From contig CAZENJ010000001.1 of assembly GCA_964513485.1 (NCBI GenBank), positions 23,425 to 57,482 on the forward strand: DNA of 34,058 nt. The letters run 5' to 3'. Below, piece by piece: positions 18,970-28,067 of the stretch. The first letter of the stretch is position 1, and each line of letters opens with the position of its first letter. Under the pieces are notes generated by a model. It did not search any database, had not been told where the DNA came from, and worked only from the letters and a program-made list of their open reading frames with translations. The position numbers were made by a program, and so were the translations under genes. Origin of the DNA: an uncultured Thermotogae bacterium. GTDB taxonomy: Bacteria > Bipolaricaulota > Bipolaricaulia > M55B111.

Positions 18970-19659
18970 ATGCCCGAAAGCGTTCCCGAAATTGACGATT
19001 TTTTTGATCTGACCAGGACCGAGTACGAAGGATACTATAAGGGGCTGGAGTATCCCTGGGGTATACTGGAGGAAATCCCGGTAATAATTGAGGAGGAACT
19101 AGAACCGGTAATAGAGGGATCGGTGGCGGATAAAGCCACGCTAGGAAAAAAGGTGCGGGTGGGCAAAGGCACGGTGGTGGAACCGGGAGCTGTGATAAAA
19201 GGACCGGCAATCGTCGGTAAAAATTGCCGAATCAGAAGCGGAGCTTACATTAGAAATGACGTCGTCATTGGAGACGAGGTTACCATAGGTCACAGTACGG
19301 AAGTGAAAAAGAGTTTAATTCACGACGAGGCCGAGATACCACATTTCTCTTACGTGGGCGATTCCGTTATCGGCTGGAAGGGTCACCTGGGGGCGGGGGT
19401 CAAGGTATCAAATCTGAAGGTAACGAGAAAACCTGTCGTGGTCCACGTCGGGGACCGCGATATCCCTACCGGCACCCGAAAGTTCGGTTGTCTTCTCGGT
19501 GACCGGGCGGAAATCGGCTGTAATTCCGTCTTGAATCCCGGTACTCTGGTCGGAAAGAGAACGCTGGCTACCGCAAATATTTCCCTTTCAGGTTATTATC
19601 CGCCGAACAGTTTTGTCAAATTGAAGCAGGACATAACGGAAACAAAAAGAAGAGACTAA
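18970..19659 (+). CDS. Left-handed beta-helix acetyltransferase, GlmU C-terminal-domain-like (stand-alone glucosamine-1-phosphate N-acetyltransferase candidate)
   Basis: Hexapeptide repeats; EVKKS, PHFSYVGDSVIG, LGAG, KFGCLLGD and GCNSVLNPGT motifs; no N-terminal nucleotidyltransferase domain; adjacent to glmM. Confidence 0.8.
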   Translation: MPESVPEIDDFFDLTRTEYEGYYKGLEYPWGILEEIPVIIEEELEPVIEGSVADKATLGKKVRVGKGTVVEPGAVIKGPAIVGKNCRIRSGAYIRNDVVIGDEVTIGHSTEVKKSLIHDEAEIPHFSYVGDSVIGWKGHLGAGVKVSNLKVTRKPVVVHVGDRDIPTGTRKFGCLLGDRAEIGCNSVLNPGTLVGKRTLATANISLSGYYPPNSFVKLKQDITETKRRD

Positions 19660-19674
19660 AAAAAGGAGGTCAAG

Positions 19675-21009
19675 GTGGATTTATTTGGCACGGACGGTTT
19701 GCGCGGTGAGGTCAACGAGGACATTACGCCCGAGCTGGCGATGAAGCTGGGAAAATCGACCAGTATTATCACGGAGAAAGGGGATTCCGTCCTGGTCTGC
19801 TCAGATACCAGGCAATCCGGAAAGACACTGGAATACGCGTTAGCTTCCGGAATATCTTCTATTGGCAGGAACGCACTGCTCCTGAACGTTCTGCCCACCC
19901 CCGGGGTGCCTCTGTTGATGGAACGATTTGACGCGGAAGTTGGAGCGGTGGTGTCCGCATCTCATAATCTGGCCATGGACAACGGGATCAAATTTTTCGA
20001 CTCCTCCGGATTAAAACTGACACCAAACGTGGAGGAGAAGCTGGAAAAGTATATCGTCACCGGGGACGGGGAAAGATGGGCGAGCTGGAAGGAAATAGGT
20101 GATATATCGATCGTCGAGACCCCGGAGGATCTTTATATAGAGGCTCTCAAGGATAGAATCGGTATAACCTCCTCGCTTGACGGCCTGGAATTGACCCTGG
20201 ATTGCGCGCACGGGGCCACTTATCGTGTTGCACCAAGAATATTTGCGGAAGCCGGGGCGGAAGTAAATCCGATCGGCGTATCTCCTTCAGGTTTCAACAT
20301 AAACGATAACTGTGGCTCGACTTCGCTTGATAGGTTGAAAGAAGAGGTCGTCTCCCGGGGAGATGACCTGGGGGTTGCTTTCGACGGTGACGGAGACAGG
20401 GCCCTTTTTGTGGACGAACGGGGGCAGGAAGTAGACGGTGACAGGGTTCTTTATTTCGCCTCGAAATACCTGCTGGAAAAGGGCGAGCTCGATCCTCCTG
20501 TAGTCGTCGCTACCGTTATGAGTAATCTCGGCCTGGAAAAATCCCTCTCGGAACTGGGGATTGATCTCGTCCGGACGCAGGTGGGGGACAAGTACGTGGC
20601 CCAGGAGATGGTAAATCTGGGGGCTCAAATCGGGGGCGAGCAGTCCGGGCATATAATATTCCGGGACGTCAATACGACCGGAGACGGAGTAGTAACTGCG
20701 TTAATGGTCCTTGAAATACTCCAGCAGACAGGGAAGAAACTGTCCCAGCTGGGAGAAGAAATGCTCCACTGCCCTCAGGTCCTGGTGAACGTTCCGACGA
20801 AGAACAAAGAGGACTTTCAGGCGGACGGGAGAATTCAGGCGGAGATAGATAACTGGGAAAGGGAGCTCGGAGAAAAGGGTAGAACTCTGGTTCGCCCTTC
20901 CGGGACCCAGGACGTGATAAGAGTTATGGTTGAAGGAGAAGACCAGGAACAGGCCGAAATGGTTGCGGAGAAACTGGGCAGTTTCATCGACAGTGAGCTA
21001 AACAAATGA
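19675..21009 (+). CDS. glmM: Phosphoglucosamine mutase
   Basis: LFGTDGLRG, SASHN, FDGDGDR, TVMSNLG, GGEQSGH, TGDG and RPSGT motifs; SD AAGGAGG. Confidence 0.93.
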   Translation: MDLFGTDGLRGEVNEDITPELAMKLGKSTSIITEKGDSVLVCSDTRQSGKTLEYALASGISSIGRNALLLNVLPTPGVPLLMERFDAEVGAVVSASHNLAMDNGIKFFDSSGLKLTPNVEEKLEKYIVTGDGERWASWKEIGDISIVETPEDLYIEALKDRIGITSSLDGLELTLDCAHGATYRVAPRIFAEAGAEVNPIGVSPSGFNINDNCGSTSLDRLKEEVVSRGDDLGVAFDGDGDRALFVDERGQEVDGDRVLYFASKYLLEKGELDPPVVVATVMSNLGLEKSLSELGIDLVRTQVGDKYVAQEMVNLGAQIGGEQSGHIIFRDVNTTGDGVVTALMVLEILQQTGKKLSQLGEEMLHCPQVLVNVPTKNKEDFQADGRIQAEIDNWERELGEKGRTLVRPSGTQDVIRVMVEGEDQEQAEMVAEKLGSFIDSELNK

Positions 21010-21096
21010 GGGTGAATAGAGTGCTGGAGGCAAACCAGCCGATTCACCCCCAGGAGGTGCCCCGGGGCACTCTCGGCTAATTTTGGTAGGTAACGG

Positions 21097-21136
21097 AAAG
21101 AGCGGGTTTGCGGGCTGTTGCAACCCCGCTCTTTTT
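21097..21136 (+). terminator. Intrinsic terminator between convergent genes, possibly bidirectional
   Basis: AAAGAGCGGG-T-TTGC...GCAA-C-CCCGCTCTTT followed by a T run. Confidence 0.75.
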
Positions 21137-21138
21137 AA

Positions 21139-22149
21139 TTATTCCGTACCGCTACCTCCCTCGAAGTTGTAGAGATAGGGAAAAAGATCCAGAATAGTCA
21201 GCAGCCCGGGCTCCCCTTCGATCACCTTCTGCGAGGAGTTAACCGCGATTGCCGGCGTTGCTATGTCTCCGTGAATTCCTTCCGCGACCGTCAGAGTTAA
21301 TTCCGGAGTCCCGTGTAAACTTATTTCATCGACGGGGTTTTCCGCCCCTGCGTACATTTCGAGTACCAGCCTGATTTTTTCTTCTCCGTCAACCAGCCCG
21401 GAGGCCGTCTGATGGATTCCGAGGGATTCGCCGGGGGATGCTTCGAAGTAGTCCGTTTTCACCGGTTCTTCGGCTATTACCGGACGTGTTTCCGTCTTGA
21501 TCTCTTCCAATCTCCAGCCGAGACCGGTTCCCAGCAGGACGGCAGATTCCAGTAGCCCGACGTGACCCCCCTCCCCGACAACTTTTTCTTCGAACTGTTC
21601 TTCCGTAAGTCCCAGTCCAATTTTTTCCTGCAGAGCTTTGCGGCGAAGCGAAGCATTTTGAACCCGCCTGACTTCAATTTTCGTCAGCTCCCTCGCCACT
21701 CCCGTGAGGACGAGGGGGAGAAAGTCCATGGCGAAGCCTGGATTGACCCCGGTCCCGAACAAGGTGGCCCCGTTTAGCTTTGCCAGCTTGTTCAGCTCTT
21801 CTGCAGACTCCTCGTGCTGCAGATACGGGTAGGCCATTTCTTCGCTGGTTGAAATTATATTGGCGCCGGAGTCCAGAATTCTCTTTATCTGGTCAATGAC
21901 CTCCGGGATATGTGACCTAGTCGAGTGAAAAACGAGATCAGGCTGTTCTTTTAAAACTTCTTCTTCATCGTCAGTTACTTTTAAATCAGGAGCTTCCCGC
22001 GTCCCCAAAATATCGGTTGCTTTACGCCCAACCTTTTCTCTGTCAGAGTCCACGAGTCCGACCAGTTCGTAATTTTGTCTATCAGACACCAGTTTGGCTA
22101 TTTCTCTGCCAATTTTTCCCAGCCCAAATTGAGCGACGGCATTCTTCAT
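21139..22149 (-). CDS. NAD(P)-dependent dehydrogenase of the 2,4-diaminopentanoate dehydrogenase / native amine dehydrogenase group (DapB-like N-terminus)
   Basis: GLGKIG Rossmann motif, ISTSEEMAYP, GTGVNPGF and GIHGDIAT; GAGGAGG SD. Confidence 0.78.
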   Translation of the reverse strand: MKNAVAQFGLGKIGREIAKLVSDRQNYELVGLVDSDREKVGRKATDILGTREAPDLKVTDDEEEVLKEQPDLVFHSTRSHIPEVIDQIKRILDSGANIISTSEEMAYPYLQHEESAEELNKLAKLNGATLFGTGVNPGFAMDFLPLVLTGVARELTKIEVRRVQNASLRRKALQEKIGLGLTEEQFEEKVVGEGGHVGLLESAVLLGTGLGWRLEEIKTETRPVIAEEPVKTDYFEASPGESLGIHQTASGLVDGEEKIRLVLEMYAGAENPVDEISLHGTPELTLTVAEGIHGDIATPAIAVNSSQKVIEGEPGLLTILDLFPYLYNFEGGSGTE

Positions 22150-22270
22150 TTGTTCCTCCTCAATTGAAATATCATTTCATAATTTTAAAGATCCAGTCCG
22201 ATCTATTACCCTGAGCAATAGAGCTCGGTACGGGTACGAGACCGGTTCCGAGTTGACTGATGACTGCTGG

Positions 22271-22331
22271 ACCAATAATCAGCTGATTCATCACCAGGGC
22301 AGGTCCTGGGGGTTCTCAGCTAGTTATTGGT
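22271..22331. repeat. 61-bp palindromic element C (REP-like or RNA hairpin), copy 1
   Basis: 16-bp arms ACCAATAATCAGCTGA / TCAGCTAGTTATTGGT and inner CCAGG/CCTGG; 43 of 57 aligned positions match 28345-28401 in reverse orientation. Confidence 0.65.
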
Positions 22332-22338
22332 AATTGAC

Positions 22339-22366
22339 TTGACATATGCTTAAAAAAATTTAATAT
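22339..22366 (+). promoter_or_regulatory. Putative promoter of the liv operon
   Basis: TTGACA-N16-TAATAT in an AT-rich stretch. Confidence 0.45.
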
Positions 22367-22560
22367 AAAGTTGTTGGGCTCTCGTAACATTTGAATTTTT
22401 TCTTTCTGCCCGCGCATAAAGCAATTCGATTCGCCAAATCCAGGTACTTTAAAACTTACTTACATCTCGAGCACAATTCAATAACTATCCGACGGGGGTG
22501 ATAGAAAGGTCTGAGAAAACTCGGCTGGAAATTTCCAATTATCCCAAGGAGGTATTTCCT

Positions 22561-23874
22561 ATGCGAGAAAAGTTTGGACTATCATTGAGTTTAATTTTGG
22601 TCGGTTTGCTGGTGTTCAGCGGTTTGGTCGGAGTGGGAACTGCAAGTGGGGCTGAATATATCAAAATCGGCTCCATTCAGCCGTTAACAGGTAGCTTGGC
22701 TTCTATGGGAGTCAGTGAACAGAACGCCATAGATATGGCGGTCAAAGATATAAACGACGCCGGAGGACCGCTGGGCAAAGAAATAATGCTCATTCGGCAG
22801 GATTCACAAACCAAGCCGGCGGCCGGGGCTTCCGCCGCTCACAAGCTGATAAGCGTTTCGGGTGTCCCCGCGATCATCGGGGCTACTTCCAGCGGAGTTA
22901 CGATCGCAATTTCGGAAGTTACGATCCCCAACCAGACTGTGCAAATTTCCACCGGTTCTACCTCTCCGAGAATAACGTATCTTGATGATAACGATTTCGT
23001 TTCCAGAACCGCTCCCCCCGATATTTACTGTGGTGGAGCAATGGCAATGTGGGCCCGGGACCAGGGATTCGAAACAGCTTCGACCTTCGTAGTCGAAAAT
23101 CCTTATGGCCTCGGTTTATCACACGCCTTCGCGGACGCCTTTTCCGCTGCTGGAGGGAACGTGCTGAAACAGGTGGGAATCCTGAAGAATAAATCTTCCT
23201 ACAGGTCCGAACTTCGCAAGGCATTTAAGAACGATCCGGACGTAGTTATGAATGCAGCTTACGCGAAGGACGACATCGTCGCGATGAAACAGTGGTACGA
23301 ACTCGGACTGCCAAACGTCTGGTTTGAAGCTCCGGAAGGAAGAACTGTCGGGATGATAGATGCCCTGGGAGATATTTATAACGGCATACCAGTCATTGAC
23401 ATGCACACGCCGAGTACCAGTTTCCGGGAAAAGTTTGCGGAGAATTACGAAAGTACCTATGACAGAAGAGTCGGTGTCTGGACCAGGCATGCCTACGATG
23501 CCACCATGGCGATTGCTCTAACGATTCAGAAGATCGGTCCGAAATACCTGGACGCCTCACGTGTGGAAAAAGCGAAAATGATCCGTGACCACCTGCGGGA
23601 CGTAACCAATCCTCCCGGCGAGATGGTGACCTACCCTGATGCTTTCGCGAAGGGGAAAGAATTGCTGGATCAGGGCAAGGAAATAAATTACGAGGGGATA
23701 TCGGGAGCGGTAAACTTCACCGAAACCGGTGACGTGGTCAATGACTTCATGATCTGGCGCGTCAAGGATCAGGAGTTCGTCGAGGAAAAGAAAATTGCCG
23801 CGGAAGACATTCTGGAATTCCTGGACAAGCACGGCATAATGCAGGAATACGAAGAACGCTGGGGCGGCGAATAA
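22561..23874 (+). CDS. livK: Branched-chain amino acid-type (HAAT) ABC transporter substrate-binding protein
   Basis: Signal peptide; IKIGSIQPLTG, INDAGG, IIGATSSGVT, AYDA and YEGISGAVNF motifs; SD AAGGAGGT before ATG 22561. Confidence 0.88.
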   Translation: MREKFGLSLSLILVGLLVFSGLVGVGTASGAEYIKIGSIQPLTGSLASMGVSEQNAIDMAVKDINDAGGPLGKEIMLIRQDSQTKPAAGASAAHKLISVSGVPAIIGATSSGVTIAISEVTIPNQTVQISTGSTSPRITYLDDNDFVSRTAPPDIYCGGAMAMWARDQGFETASTFVVENPYGLGLSHAFADAFSAAGGNVLKQVGILKNKSSYRSELRKAFKNDPDVVMNAAYAKDDIVAMKQWYELGLPNVWFEAPEGRTVGMIDALGDIYNGIPVIDMHTPSTSFREKFAENYESTYDRRVGVWTRHAYDATMAIALTIQKIGPKYLDASRVEKAKMIRDHLRDVTNPPGEMVTYPDAFAKGKELLDQGKEINYEGISGAVNFTETGDVVNDFMIWRVKDQEFVEEKKIAAEDILEFLDKHGIMQEYEERWGGE

Positions 23875-23888
23875 TCCGGAAATATATC

Positions 23889-23932
23889 CGGGGAAGCTGC
23901 TTTTCCGTACGGGCAGCTTCCCCGTCTTTATT
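23889..23932 (+). terminator. Intra-operon hairpin after the binding-protein gene (partial terminator or mRNA stabiliser)
   Basis: Perfect 12-bp stem CGGGGAAGCTGC / GCAGCTTCCCCG followed by TCTTTATT. Confidence 0.7.
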
Positions 23933-23959
23933 GGCTAAATCTATACGGGACGTGATTAG

Positions 23960-24817
23960 ATGCAATTAATCGTGAATGGTATCCTGATGGGGGCAATAAT
24001 ATCCATAGGTGCCGTAGGGCTGACGCTTGTTTCCCGAATACTTCATTTTTTTTATTTTGGGTACGCCGGAATGCTCGTCCTCGGGGCTTACTTTACGCTG
24101 ACCTTCTTTAATTTTCTCGGGATTCCCCTGGTTCTTTCCTTGATCCTCAGTATCCCACTGCTGGCCTTTCTCGCGATAGGAATCGACAGGTTGACGTTCA
24201 AGAACCTCCGCTCCCGGGGGACGGGACCCTTTGGCATGATGGTAGTTGGTATCGGCCTGGAGCTATTGCTGCGCAGCGGCGTCAGGCTTATCTGGGGCAG
24301 CGACGTCATGCGCTACGATCTTCCCATTACCAGAGCGATGGTCCTGCCTTTTGATATCAGGGTAACGAAAAACCAGTTAATCATCATAGGAGCTTCGCTT
24401 GCGCTGATGTATTTGCTTCACCTTTTTCTCGCAAAGACGAGAATCGGCAAAGCGATGCGGGCGACCGCGGACAACCTGGAGCTGGCAAAAATTCGAGGCA
24501 TAGATACGGAGCGGGTTATAATGTGGACCTGGAGTCTGGCCGCGATATCCGCCGGTTCGGCCGGGTTTTTTCTGGCTCTCGATACCAGACTCGTCCCGAT
24601 AATGGGCTGGAAATTATTGTTGCCACTTTTCGCGGCGGTTATACTCGGCGGGGTCGGTAACCCTTACGGAGCTCTGGTCGGAGGGATGGTAATTGGTCTG
24701 TCGCAGGAAGTGTCGGCTGGTTTTATGGCGGCTTCCTACAAGCCCGCCGTGGCTTTCGTAATTATGACACTAACCCTGCTGATTAAACCGTCAGGACTAT
24801 TTGGAAGGGGTGGTTGA
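23960..24817 (+). CDS. livH: HAAT ABC permease
   Basis: TRIGKAMRATADN and AAVILGGVGNPYGA motifs; hydrophobic. Confidence 0.9.
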   Translation: MQLIVNGILMGAIISIGAVGLTLVSRILHFFYFGYAGMLVLGAYFTLTFFNFLGIPLVLSLILSIPLLAFLAIGIDRLTFKNLRSRGTGPFGMMVVGIGLELLLRSGVRLIWGSDVMRYDLPITRAMVLPFDIRVTKNQLIIIGASLALMYLLHLFLAKTRIGKAMRATADNLELAKIRGIDTERVIMWTWSLAAISAGSAGFFLALDTRLVPIMGWKLLLPLFAAVILGGVGNPYGALVGGMVIGLSQEVSAGFMAASYKPAVAFVIMTLTLLIKPSGLFGRGG

Positions 24818-25746
24818 CCGTGAGTGGTCCAGTAGGTTTCTTAATTTTTTTTCTGACTTACGCTGTCGTATACGCGATTCTGGCGATTGGACTTAATATT
24901 CAATGGGGCTTCGCCGGGCTGGTTAATTTCGGTGTCGCGGGATTTTTTGCCGTCGGGGCTTACGTATCCGCTTTTATGACTGGCGCCCCCAGCCCCTATC
25001 ACCTGGGTGGCTTTTCTCTCCCCTTTCCGCTGGCTCTTGTAATAGCCACGGTAATCTCCGGGATATTTGCCCTTATACTCGGTATACCGGTTATCAGGTT
25101 AAGGGAAGATTATCTCGCCATCGTTACCATCGGTTTCGCGGAGATCGTCCGCTTGATCATAGTTACCGAGAGGAATATTACCAAAGGTCCCTACGGGATG
25201 GGGGTAATAAAACCGTACAAGGATCTGGTTCCATCCAGTTTTTACGGTTTGTTCTACCTGGGAATTTCCCTAGTGATCCTCGGAATAATTTACCTGGCGA
25301 TTCAGAGAGCGGTAGGGTCGCCGTGGGGCCGGGTCCTGCGTACAATAAGGGAAGACGAACGAGTAGCGCTCGTCCTGGGCAAAAACGTCAACTGGTTCAA
25401 GCTCCAGGTACTGATACTCGGCTCGATGATTTTTGGCCTGGGAGGGGCGGTCTTCGGCCATTTCTTCAATTTCATTACTCCGAATCATTTCCTGCCCATG
25501 GAGACTTTCCTGGTCTGGGTTATGGTTATGGCCGGTGGGAGCGGAAATAACCTGGGGGTTCTGGTCGGAGCACTCGCCATTCGTGGAGTCTGGGAGGGCA
25601 TGATGTTTTTGAGTGATATTTTACCTCAGGGAGTCCAGGTGGGCGCAATTCGCCTTGCCGTGATAGGTTTACTGCTGGTACTCGTTATCATGCTGAAACC
25701 GGAGGGCATCCTTGGTGAAAAAAAGACTGCGTCGGATATTTTGTAG
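24814..25746 (+). CDS. livM: HAAT ABC permease
   Basis: GLNIQWGFAGLVNFG, RLREDYLAIVTIGF, SPWGRVLRTIREDE and KPEGILG motifs. Confidence 0.92.
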   Translation: MTVSGPVGFLIFFLTYAVVYAILAIGLNIQWGFAGLVNFGVAGFFAVGAYVSAFMTGAPSPYHLGGFSLPFPLALVIATVISGIFALILGIPVIRLREDYLAIVTIGFAEIVRLIIVTERNITKGPYGMGVIKPYKDLVPSSFYGLFYLGISLVILGIIYLAIQRAVGSPWGRVLRTIREDERVALVLGKNVNWFKLQVLILGSMIFGLGGAVFGHFFNFITPNHFLPMETFLVWVMVMAGGSGNNLGVLVGALAIRGVWEGMMFLSDILPQGVQVGAIRLAVIGLLLVLVIMLKPEGILGEKKTASDIL

Positions 25747-25755
25747 GTGAACTAT

Positions 25756-26514
25756 ATGTTGAGGGTAAATGATCTGAAAAAGACTTTTGGCGGGATCAGA
25801 GCGGTTGACGGCTGTAACTTCGAGGTCGAAGCCGGGACGGTGACGGGGCTGATCGGGCCAAACGGTGCGGGAAAGACTACGGTGTTCAATTTGATAAGCG
25901 GTTTTTACCCCCCGGACGACGGTGAGATCTGGTTCAAGGATACCAGGATTGACGACATGCCCCCTTATAAAATTCCTCGCCTGAGGCTGGCCCGGACCTT
26001 TCAGATCACCCGGGAGCTGAAGAAAATGACAGTTATCGATAACTTGATGGTTGCACCAAAAGATCAGATGGGGGAAAAGCTCTGGAACTCCTGGTTTCGC
26101 ATTCCATCTGTAAAGCACGAGGAAAGAAAGATTCGGGATAAAGCACTGGACGTGCTGGACTTTCTGGAAATAAGCGATCTTAAGGACGAGTACGCGGGGA
26201 ACCTCTCGGGTGGGCAGAAGAAGTTGCTCGAATTCGGCAGGACCATGATGACCGACCCCGAGTTGATCTTGCTGGACGAGCCCGGTGCCGGGGTAAATCC
26301 GACGCTGATGAAGAAGCTGAACGGATATATCGAATCCCTCAGGACGGACGAAGGGATGACGTTTTTTCTGATCGAACACGACATGGATCTGGTCATGGAA
26401 CTCTGCAATCCGATTATAGTTATGAGCGAAGGGAAGAAGCTGGCCGAGGGCAGTGCTTCCGAAATCAAGGAGAACCAGAAAGTACTTGATGCTTACCTGG
26501 GTGGTGGTGGATAA
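25756..26514 (+). CDS. livG: HAAT ABC ATPase
   Basis: GPNGAGKTT, RTFQ, LSGGQKK, LDEP, IEHDM and AYLG motifs; SD AGGTGA before ATG 25756. Confidence 0.93.
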   Translation: MLRVNDLKKTFGGIRAVDGCNFEVEAGTVTGLIGPNGAGKTTVFNLISGFYPPDDGEIWFKDTRIDDMPPYKIPRLRLARTFQITRELKKMTVIDNLMVAPKDQMGEKLWNSWFRIPSVKHEERKIRDKALDVLDFLEISDLKDEYAGNLSGGQKKLLEFGRTMMTDPELILLDEPGAGVNPTLMKKLNGYIESLRTDEGMTFFLIEHDMDLVMELCNPIIVMSEGKKLAEGSASEIKENQKVLDAYLGGGG

Positions 26515-26515
26515 A

Positions 26516-27220
26516 ATGCCCTTGCTGGAAGCGAAAAACGTGGTTTCGGGGTACGGGAAAGTTGAAATACTGCACGAAGTTTCCGTTTACGTCAACACTA
26601 AAGAGATGGTCTCGATTATCGGTCCCAATGGGTCGGGTAAATCCACCCTGATGAAGACGATCTTCGGCCTTCTTCAGCCCTGGGATGGTGAAGTTGACTT
26701 CGACGACCAGGACATTACCGGGTTGAAACCGAATCAGATAGTCAGAAAGGGGCTCTGTTACGTCCCCCAGGAGGAGAACATCTTTCCCACTCTGACCGTC
26801 GCCGAGAACCTCGAGATGGGAGCCTTTATCCGTGATGACGACTATTCGGACGAGCTGGAAAACGTCTACGAGATATTCCCTGCTCTAACGGAAAAGAAGG
26901 ATCAGGAAGTAGGAAATCTCTCCGGGGGGCAGCAGCAGATGGTCGCTATGGGAGCGGCTTTGATGTTGAGTCCGGACATCCTTTTACTGGATGAGCCGAC
27001 CGCAGGACTGGCCCCCAACCTGGCTCAGATGATACTGGAAAAGATAAAGGACGTAAACGATACCGGAGTAGCTATACTAATAGTTGAGCAGAATGCCCGG
27101 GAAGCTCTGAAGCTATCAAGCCGGGGTTACGTCCTGGCCATGGGAGAAAATAAATTTACGGGCGAAAGTGACGACCTTCTGGAGGACGAGGAAGTAGGGG
27201 AGCTCTATCTCGGCGGCTGA
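26516..27220 (+). CDS. livF: HAAT ABC ATPase
   Basis: GPNGSGKST, ENLEMGA, LSGGQQQM, LDEPTAGLAP, VEQN and LYLGG motifs; ATG 26516. Confidence 0.93.
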   Translation: MPLLEAKNVVSGYGKVEILHEVSVYVNTKEMVSIIGPNGSGKSTLMKTIFGLLQPWDGEVDFDDQDITGLKPNQIVRKGLCYVPQEENIFPTLTVAENLEMGAFIRDDDYSDELENVYEIFPALTEKKDQEVGNLSGGQQQMVAMGAALMLSPDILLLDEPTAGLAPNLAQMILEKIKDVNDTGVAILIVEQNAREALKLSSRGYVLAMGENKFTGESDDLLEDEEVGELYLGG

Positions 27221-27364
27221 CCGGCCTCAGTAAAGGTAAGGTTTTCCAGCCCGGCCCCGGCGACCGTAAAGAAGTTCAGCAAAACTTGCCGAGGAAACCA
27301 CGCGTTATTATCCGGGGTACAAAATCCGCACGGCAAAAAAGGACCCCTTCAATTTATTCTCTGG

Positions 27365-27817
27365 TTAGTGCATATCGGAGAGCGCGGACACGGACAGCTG
27401 GGGCATTCCGGTAGATATACCTGCGGACGAAACCTCGAAACTAGAGTCGTAATCCGATCCTGGGTTCAGCTGCAGCGACGGCTCGAAGGATTCTCCGGTC
27501 CGGGCGGCCGCGACCTGATAGGCATCGTAGGCGCTGTAGCCGGACCAGGCAAGGTTTAATACTGGCAATACTCTGTATAAAGAGGATCTCCAGACGAATG
27601 GCAGAGAATAAATGGAGTATATTCCTACTCCAATCACGAAGTGCGTCAGTGCCTTATCGGGTTGATCGTTGATAAATTGCCCGGCACCCGGCAGTATGAA
27701 CGAGGCGATTGCCGGTACGGCGGGAGAGGTGTCGTTAGCCAGGCTTATAGTACTTGAAGTGAATAATAAAAGACCCAACAGAAGTAGAAAGGCCAATAAT
27801 TTTGAAGTTAGCTTCAT
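27365..27817 (-). CDS. Secreted/membrane hypothetical protein
   Basis: Signal peptide, ASFILPGAGQF motif and hydrophobic segments; SD GAGGTGAG before ATG 27817. Confidence 0.65.
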   Translation of the reverse strand: MKLTSKLLAFLLLLGLLLFTSSTISLANDTSPAVPAIASFILPGAGQFINDQPDKALTHFVIGVGIYSIYSLPFVWRSSLYRVLPVLNLAWSGYSAYDAYQVAAARTGESFEPSLQLNPGSDYDSSFEVSSAGISTGMPQLSVSALSDMH

Positions 27818-27910
27818 TTTACTCACCTCGGAAGACTAATTAGCTTTAAAAACCCTTTCCGGGATATTTGGACAAGTATTTTATAACCGTAACTGCTTTG
27901 TTGCAGTCGA

Positions 27911-27919
27911 ATTATAACA
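27911..27919 (-). promoter_or_regulatory. Extended -10 promoter for the 27817 gene
   Basis: TGTTATAAT on the minus strand; the identical motif precedes sufS. Confidence 0.55.
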
Positions 27920-28067
27920 GGACAAGTTACTCGCTTCCAAACTTTTCCGGAAGGCCCCCTTGAATCCGACCTAAGTCTTACGATTCTCTCCACATAAGAC
28001 CAACTCCTAACTCAGTTTGCAAGGGAATATCACTACTATGGGAGAAACTTATTTACATTCACCCATT

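Noticed and set aside
21029-21096. c-di-GMP-I (GEMM) riboswitch-like words GGCAAACC and CTAA...GGTAGGTA
   Set aside because: No GNRA-capped stem or GACGCAAAGC segment, and it lies between convergent genes with nothing downstream to regulate.
21139-22149. Calling the dehydrogenase dapB
   Set aside because: It lacks the DapB E.HH..K.DAPSGTA motif and is longer than typical DapB.
22257-22263. Hammerhead ribozyme core CTGATGA
   Set aside because: No matching stem II-GAAA-stem III-UH arrangement could be built.
22280-22320. TPP riboswitch on the minus strand (GCTGAGA-ACCC...ACCTG..CTGG)
   Set aside because: The 5' GGGG P2 strand, the CCUGAU junction and the 3' GCGnAGGGA are missing; the sequence is better explained by the long palindrome, and there is no thiamine gene context.
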